The position numbers were made by a program, and so were the translations under genes. From Lytechinus pictus (Eukaryota): 64,000 bases of DNA. The stretch lies in contig NC_087263.1 in NCBI RefSeq assembly GCF_037042905.1, positions 13,952,001 to 14,016,000 on the forward strand, written 5' to 3'. Shown here in pieces: positions 26,901 to 35,900 of this stretch (position 1 is its first letter; every line of letters starts with the position of its first letter). The notes beneath the pieces were generated by a model, which worked only from the letters and a program-made list of their open reading frames with translations, did not search any database and was not told where the DNA came from.

Positions 26901-29900
26901 TCCCGAAGCGCGCAGCGCTGAGGGAAAATATAACCCCTCGGGAAAATATAAATCCGGCGGTCCAAAGAATGTTTATATTACATATTACCCCATCAATCAA
27001 TATCTCTCTAATATTATTATCCTTATCCTTATTATTATTATTTTTATTATTATCATTTACTTTTATTATTATTATCATTATTATTATTATTCAAATGCAT
27101 TGGACCCATGTATGAAGAACAGATCTATTAAAGCACGGAGCTCTGAAATGGGTCATCCAACCGTCAAATCCACTCGTATTAGTGTTATGAAAGTCTTTGA
27201 TTATGTTACACTGTGTTTTTATGATTTTAGAAAGAAAACAAACATTAATGATCATGATCATCATCATGATCACCACCATCAACAATCGCCCCAACATCAC
27301 CATCGCCACCACCGCTACTACTCCAACAACAATCATCATCATCATCAGTAGCAGCAACATCAATATTTTAACCATGCACCACTATCATTCTAATCACGCC
27401 TTTTACTATTTTGATCTCATGCATGAATCCAAAGGAAGTAATATATTCCATCTATTTCCCCCCTAATTTTCTAAAAATATCAGATTCCTAAGTTTCACAT
27501 GAGGATTATCAAAATTACCACAATGAATCAAAGTCAACATATAGGACCTATTCGGTTTGATGGATGAATAGATAATCGTATCATAGCTTATTAAAACTCA
27601 ACATGCTCAATGGCCCTATGATAAAAAAATCTAAGCAACGAACTTTTTAAATGAGTGATAGAAATAAAGACATAAAGAGAACGACAATTCAATATTTTTC
27701 ATGAATCACCCTAAGTTTCCGTTGTTGTTATACAATCGATAGATCACATTTAGCTGAAGCAAATCAAAATACACGCTTTGTTGCAAGCAGCATGATGCAG
27801 CCCAGCATCCGATAGCAAATCTACGATTAATTACAAAATATATGATAGATCTTGGAAATCCAAATAGATTTGCAATAATGGTCGAATTGATTCGTGTAAC
27901 ATCCCCATATGTCTTACGTTGCTGCTGTTCAAAGTGGTAGCGGCATATGAGCTTCGACTAGATTCTTAACAGTTCTAACTCTTCAACAACGGTAACTATA
28001 TCTTTTTTGTAAACAAATTTTCCGCATTACTCCTATATGTTTTAGATCGCATGCTCGATCTGTAATGAAAATCATAAGTCAGACAAATTTGGAACCAGTG
28101 GAATTCGAACCTGCCATGCAGTGGCGTAACTACAGGGGGGGGGGGGGGAGGGGGCACGTGCCCCCCCCCCATCGGCTGGCAAAAAAAACGGGGAAAAGGA
28201 GAAAAAGAAGGAGAAAGGAAGAGAAACGTAGTGGGAAAGAATTTATTGTTCATTATAATGTTATATTATATTATAATTATATTACATAAGAAAAATATTT
28301 TTCATAACTTTATGAAACATAATTTGCTCAGGGCCTATCTTCATTATTCCTGGTGCTCGCATTGTCTGTTTAACGACTATAATCCGTTTGTACTAAAACC
28401 TCCCGTTTTCAAGTCAATACATACCAAATATATTTCCTCGCACTTCGAGTTATTATAGTTTTTTGTAGTGACATTTGCTTCTTTTTCATGAATACTTAAA
28501 GTGATTGCCCCATTATAAGGTTTTAATATAAAACAGTTTCTGTACGTGCTTACGTTCGCATTAGTGGGTTGGTGAGATATGTCTGTCCTTCATGAATTCC
28601 TAAAATCAGTCCTTAAAAATTTCAATTTTTCTGATCTGAATATTAAAAAAAAAAATTAGCTCGCGCTTCGTGCTCGCATCATTTGGTTAGTGAAATATGT
28701 GTGGTCTTATAGTGATTTCCTACAACCAAGCCTTAGAATGCCCCTCTTCAATTCGGAATTTCCTAAATTTTCAGCTCGCGCTTCGCGCTCGCAATATTTG
28801 ATTAGTGAGATGCGTCTGTTAACCATGAATACAATGACTATAAGTGCTTCTTGTGTTTAGATGTAATTCAAGCAAAATCAGCAAGCGCTTGGCACTCGCA
28901 TTAGATGACTGTGGTGAGAGATGTATACTCTAAATGGATTCCTAAAATATAGTCCTTAAAATGTCCCTGTTTAGGGTCTATACAAAAATTTCAACTCGCG
29001 CTTCGCGCTCGTATTGTTTGTTAAGCGAGACAGGTACGTATCATGATTACAAAAAAATGCTTATAATGTCCCTTTTAGGTCTGAATATAAAAAAAATTCA
29101 GTTTGCACTTCGCGCTCGCATTATTTCATCAGTGAGATAAATACCCGTTTAATGGCACTGCCCTCAAAATGTCTCTATTAGGTCAGTATACCTGGCAACT
29201 GAGCGCGCTTTGAGCGCTCGCTAAATGACTCAAAATTTTTGCCGGTGCCCCCCCCCCCCCCAATACCGCGACCCACGGTACGCCACTGCTGCCATCTACT
29301 GCTTTCCGGGCAGCGACTTAACCACCAGGCTATTCTGGTTCACGGCAAAATCACGATGAACTGGAATTCAAATACCCTCGATCCTCTTTCTGACTCATTA
29401 ATATGCAAATGCAGTCCGCAATAAAGAGGCTTTTAATAGGAGGAAATTATAATTTGTTAACAAATTTTCGGCATTACTGCTATGTGTTTAAGATTGCATG
29501 CTCGATCTGTAATGAAAATCATAAGTCAGAAAAAATTGGAATCAGTGGGATTCGAACCTTCAATCTACTGCTTTCCGGGCAGCGACTTAATTAACCACCG
29601 GGCTATTCTGGTTCACGGCTAAATAACTATATCATCGCCATAGCTACATTAACAAACAGCCAATCACATTAATGCACCCATTGCACTTCCTCGCAAGGAA
29701 TCTCGGAAATAAAAATCCCTATCTCTCCTCCAATCTCCCATGTCTTTCTATAAATAAAAGATGCAAACGTCCTTGCGGAAGATGAAGAAGTTTAACCACA
29801 ATGATTCACTTCCATGTTGACTTCCATCCATCATTCCTTGAGAGAGAAAGGCCCAGGTGAATCGTGCGATTGTGAACTTCTAAAGGTAGGTCATCATCAG

Positions 29901-32900
29901 TTTGTAAACAAAGACGAGGGGGTAGGAGAAGCACATCACATCTTTACGATGTTTGCGACGAGATCAATCAATATATAGATGGTGTAAATACATATGTATA
30001 AACATTATGGTAATCACATGTTCTCTTTGTTGTAAGTATTTTTTTCTTGTTACATTCGACATATCGGTAAACTTGTTTTAATCAACAAACTAGACTAGAC
30101 CTTGTAACTTGGGAAAGTTCTTTAATAAAGGAAATAGTAAATCAGAAACATTTTTCTCAAGGATTTAAGAATTCGCTGGATGCTTCGGCATGTTTGTTTT
30201 GCTGTTGCACTTCTGTATTCTCCATTCTATTGTTTCGGGTAATCTTTCCCGATTCCAGGGGAAAATTAGGTTTCTTTTTCGGCCAGTTCAAACTCACTTT
30301 TTAGTGAATAAAAAAACAGTGAAAATCATTTGGCACTTATCATCGAATATATACAAACATGACAAATCGGCTAATTGATCAATGTAAAGGATTACGCAAT
30401 TCAACAATATTGTCGACGTAGATGCAATCTGCGTACGTTCAACAAAGTGTCGTTAGACGTGTTAGACGGCCCTCACAATCGATCTGAATATTTTATATCA
30501 AAAGATTAAAACGGCTAGCACCTTCAACCATCGTCTCATGGTTCCGATACAATAAAGTTAAATACTCTAATATCTTGCGAACTCTTTTCTCAGACCGTGA
30601 CCGGACTTTATCTTTAAACGGCAGTAGTATGCAAGCATACTAAAATACAGCATGTACACTTTATTTGAAGACAGTTTCATCTTCTTGCCCATACTACCTA
30701 TTACCCTCTTTAGGGGCAGCACGAGGTTATTTTGACAAAGGGGTGGGGGTAATACGACCTTTTTTTCTTCAAATTTAATAATAGAGGTGACCTTCAAATT
30801 TAATGATAGAGGTGACATAAGAGTTACACGACCCTTGCCCCCTTTACGGTGTCCTTTCTATTCTTACTTTTCTTATTCTTTCCGTTTCAGTACTTCATTT
30901 CATTTTCCCCTGCCCCTGGTAACGCCGCTCCCGACCCCATCGTGGCGTAATGAGCAAAAAAAACTGAGCGGAGCAAAACATGGTATATGGAGCAAAAATT
31001 TAAAGAAAAAAGGAAAATGTCACGAGCGAGCACATTTTTACCCTCTTAATAATAAAAGCTAGTTTTGTGATAGATTTTGAAAATACATTTATAAAAATGA
31101 CATATGTGTACCCTTTTCCCTTTCTCATTTTTTCTTAAGGTGGTGGTAGAAATATCTTTGGGGCATGCCCCCTACCCTCCCCCCATTTACCCATACTCCA
31201 CAGGTTATGCCATTCTTATTAAAGGGAAGAGAAATTAACACGGGAATTCTAAATCTAGGTCCATGATATGCTTTCCTCTCGTTCCACTCATTCCACTTCC
31301 GTTATGGGAGAATTCCCCCAACAGCAAGGCCTAACATCATATCGATTTCGAATGTTCGGTGTAAAGAACCCAAAAAATGTGAAACGCTCACCAAACGTCA
31401 AAATTCAGAGGCGATAATTATATTCGCATATGTCATTTTTTGATGGGGCACTCGATCAAATTAATGTAAATACTGAGATTGCACAATAATTTATCCCATA
31501 TAAAACAATGGTATAATCTAGTATTGAATCGTAATAGTGGCATGCATAATGGAGTTTACCAAAATTAAAGATAAGCTCGTATGTTTTTTTTCTTTTGTAG
31601 TCTAAATGGGTGAGGCATCGCTTTCATTTCAGCTAACACTTGGCCTCTTCCCGAGACATTCTGTATTCTATTCCCTAAGATATCGATTGATATGATTTCT
31701 ATTCCATTTCCTTTCTCGTTGGAGAAGTCATTGCCTTCCGCTGAAAGATTCCAAAGTCATCGACTTCGGGTCGATTTCCGTTCCACTGCGCATATCACCT
31801 ACCTTACTCGACCCCGAAAAATAATAGCATGAAACTTGGATTTATTATCACCAGATTGATCAACTCCCTCGATTAGAATCCTGTCAAGAATGATCGTATA
31901 CGAAGTAGAAAAACATTGGCTTTGCTAATCTAGCATAATAGCCTTCATGAATGTCATGAATAACCTATAAAAAAAAAAAGAAACACCCATATTAATAAGG
32001 AAAATGAAATAAAGAAAAAAAAATTGCCAAAAACACCCCCGAAACGCATTTAAAGATTTTAAACTAATTTTACATTTTTTTTCTTCAAATGTCAGAGTGA
32101 AGAAACAGACAGTTGCAATGACACCGCTTACCATGGAATGCTGTTGCAAGGATTCCGTGTTCTGGCTTCATTTTAGATGAATCTCTTGGAATTCGACAAA
32201 GTGTCACAGAGATTATTAATTACAAATTAACGAACAACAAGATCACAGCCAAGCAAAAAGGCATAAATGATTTTCCTGCCAAAGTCGGGATGAAGCCTCA
32301 AAATCTATTTGACGAACATCATTCATCCATAACGTCAGAACAAATATGAAGGTTGCACAAATAATTCCCTTCGCTTTTTGTTATTTGGAGCCGTTTTACT
32401 TTTTGACTTATTTACTTAGAAGTCTTAGTCATGTTAATCAACTGATTCGACTAAAATCATTGATTCAGCCTTTAAAAGTGGATAATGGTCGGGGAAATAC
32501 AAATACATAAAGCTCTCACTGCCTCTCCCAAGCCCTTATCTATTGCAAATGTTTAGGGTGCCCCTCACATTGATTCAAACATAATAATGTGGCATGGCTT
32601 TTAACATTTCATCCCTCCACCTACACACTTCACTATCTCTTCCGCTCTGAACCTTCCGCCTACCCCTACGGATCGCTCTTCGACTGAGCCGATTGTAATC
32701 ACATTTGGTACCGGTTTCATAAAGAATTCATGTATTAACGTCAAGGGTAAATTGCACTTAACGCAGGTCTTACAACCAGTTTTAAGCAATAACCCCTTTA
32801 TAATTTTCCTCTGAGAGCGTGTGTTTCCCTACAAATTGTTGAAGGGATTGAGGATCGAGGTTCGAGTCCTGGTCACGTCTTTCAGACGTTAAAGGTCAGT

Positions 32901-35900
32901 CCCAGACGGGACCTAATGGATATGGCGATTTAAAACAGGCATTATGCTCCCAAAACCAAGATTTCAATGCAACTCCCGTCAGAAAATATTTTGTGTGTAA
33001 AATAGCCACACCCCCCCCCCCCCGCCATAACGGCGCAGCCGAAACTTTACTATATGAACGGGCACATCAATAGGTCATTCTATTTATACACCAAGAAATA
33101 TGCATAGATATTCACATTCACAATCAAAAATGTAAACTTCATCAACATGGTGGCTCAGTGGTATAGCCTCGTGAACGGGAGGTCGTGGGTTCGATCCCCA
33201 GCAGATTGAGTCATACCAAAGACTTTAAAATGGGACCCTCTGCATTCTTGCCAGGTGCTCGAGGTATGACAATCGGAAAGGTTTTTGTAATGTGTTTTGT
33301 TATGCAGGACCTGCTGGAAGAGCAGCTTACAGCTGAGAGTGGCTACCCTGGGTAAAAAAGAGTTATTATCAATAACAATAGGCCTGTACGTAACATATTG
33401 TTAAGTTGTTAAAATACAATCAATGCAAAGACGGCGATTACTCATTCGTCTGTTGTGTAACAGGTCTAATCTTTCTGCACTTACAGGGGTTTTATGATTG
33501 AATAAGATTATTGCCAAAGTTAGTGCTTCTGAGACAATAAAAGAACAAGGAATTTTGTCAGATCTGACAACAAGTCTGACAACAAAATATTGATAAAACA
33601 CTCCCAAGGGGAGAGTCTCCTTGTTTACTTTTTTTTCAGACTATTTGCCAGATCTGACGACTTTCCCTGACTCTGATTTGATGAGAGGGCACTGTTACGA
33701 TGGTAACTGTCCGAGAAAACGTGGGACAGGTCCTTTCATGAAAGGCTACCGGGTAGCGGCTACTCAGACCTAATTATCTTGCAACGCCCCATTAATACGA
33801 GAAATATCTCAGAACTCATTCTTGAATAAACTTACCACTAACGAAGTAAGCTGAAGGAGTACTTGCAATGTTTCCTAATCCATCCTCAGCCGTGACCACC
33901 AACCTGTACGAGCCCCCTAGAGGAACACTGATGTTCCAGCATCCCGAACCGGAGGAGATAAGGGAAGAATGCACCTGGGTCTCGGGATGGGTCGTGTTGT
34001 CATGGTTACGCCGGACAAGGTGGGCGTGGTAGGTGAAGTTGGAGAGAGCAAGTGATGTGTTGCAGAGACACACACTCGCAGACAACAGGGCGGTTTCAAC
34101 CTCGCAGAGACAAGGAGCCGGAACAGCTAGAAAGGGGGGAAAAGATTAAGAGTCACCAAAACGTCGTTTTCATTAAATGCATAGTGCATGTTTTTACAGT
34201 TCGTATTTCTGGAGGTGAAAAGGAGCAGGTGCAGGAACAGCTAAGAGCGGTAATAAAAAAAATAATCATGTAAACATAGGTTTTATTGATATGCCATTTT
34301 GCATATGTATATTTCGAATCTCTGCACCAGGAACGACTAAGAAGGGTAATAGAATAAGAATCATTCGTTGTATTAATATTCTATACTTATTCTTTTATAG
34401 TATGTACTTCTTGGTCTGTCAAAGATCCAGGAAAGGAGGGTTGACTGAAAATAATTTAACATTATCTAATTCATATTTTTATTTTTTTTTAAATGTTCTC
34501 TTGATTGAATAGGGCTTGGATGATTAGTAAAGGGTGATGGGGTCAAGTAGCTACTCTTAAATGGATAAACATTTTACTGCTCATTGTAAAGGTATTGATT
34601 ATGACGATAATTTAAGTAAACTTCAAAATTTTTGTTTTCCCCAAAACATATCATTTATAAATCTACACATCATCACCGGTGGTGTGCAAAACAGTTTTTA
34701 TAAGGCAAAATATACAAATTGACCCTAAATACAAATCTATTTTCTTCAATAAGATAGAAATTTTAAAAATACCTGGTACTTCAATAGCTGTAGTAGCCTC
34801 CGTGTATATCGTCGATTCAGTTGTCGTATCGCCAGTGCCATCGAATTCCATCTCTCCAGATGATGATGTTTCTAGTGTCCAAAGCTCTAAAGGAGCAGTT
34901 CCTTCTGCTACATCAGTCAGGTCCGTGATGAGATCAGTTTCTATGTCCATATCGGTGGCAGGAACTGTTTCATTAGTCATGCCTAACTGTGTTGCTGCTT
35001 CGGTAACAACCCCAATGCTACCTACCTCCAGTGGATATTCTGTGGTCGTCGGTACAGTACTCGCGTCGGTCGTATTGAAGGACGGCTCGTCTACCTGCGT
35101 AGTTGGTTCAAGACTGACAGGGTCAAACGTAGAGAGCGTCCCATCAGTGCCTCCATCAGACATGGTTGACATTTCCACGGGCTTCTGCTCTGTTGGCAAG
35201 ATTGTGGATTGTGCACTTGGTGCGGATGTTTGCATTGTTTGATAAACTTCCGTATTCGAAATCTCAGTTGACAAGTCGGTAACCTTAGGAAATCCAGTGA
35301 CTAGCGATTCGACACTTACTGCTTCTGTTGTTTCTACTTGACTCACAGTCGTAAATAAATCTGGTTGTTTAGTGGTATCAATTTGCCTGACTGTTGTAGG
35401 TTTCATAACTGTTGCATCAGGTAATCGAGTTTGCGTTTCCGACACAGTATCTAACTCTCCTATGGTGGTCAAAAGAACTGCCACTGATGTTGAAGAATAT
35501 GTGCCAACATCGGCGTCAGTAGTTGCACTTGAGTTAGAAACAATATCACTTTCTGTCACACCATGTATCGAGGTGATAATGTACTCTGAGGCAACCCTCG
35601 GCGAGGATCTCAGTCCAGGCTCTCCAGGAATAGGGGATTTAGACTGGTCCTTGGGAGTAGTCTGAAGCACTTCCTCAGATGGAACAGAACTCGATGAGAG
35701 CCTTGTGGGATCGGGTGTCTCTGAATTGTTTGCAATTACATCCACTTGACGGGTGATATCTCCAGGAATAGGTGTTTTGGAATGGTTTATTGAAGTAACC
35801 TCAAGCATTTCCTCAGAGGGAATATAACTCGATGAGACCCTTGTGGTAATTGATGGCTTTGGACTGCTTGAAGTAAGAAACCCTTGGCTGACATTATCAA

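Noticed and set aside
34679..35665. Plus-strand ORFs of 187 and 97 aa
   Set aside because: Antisense shadows of the S/T-rich mucin exon.
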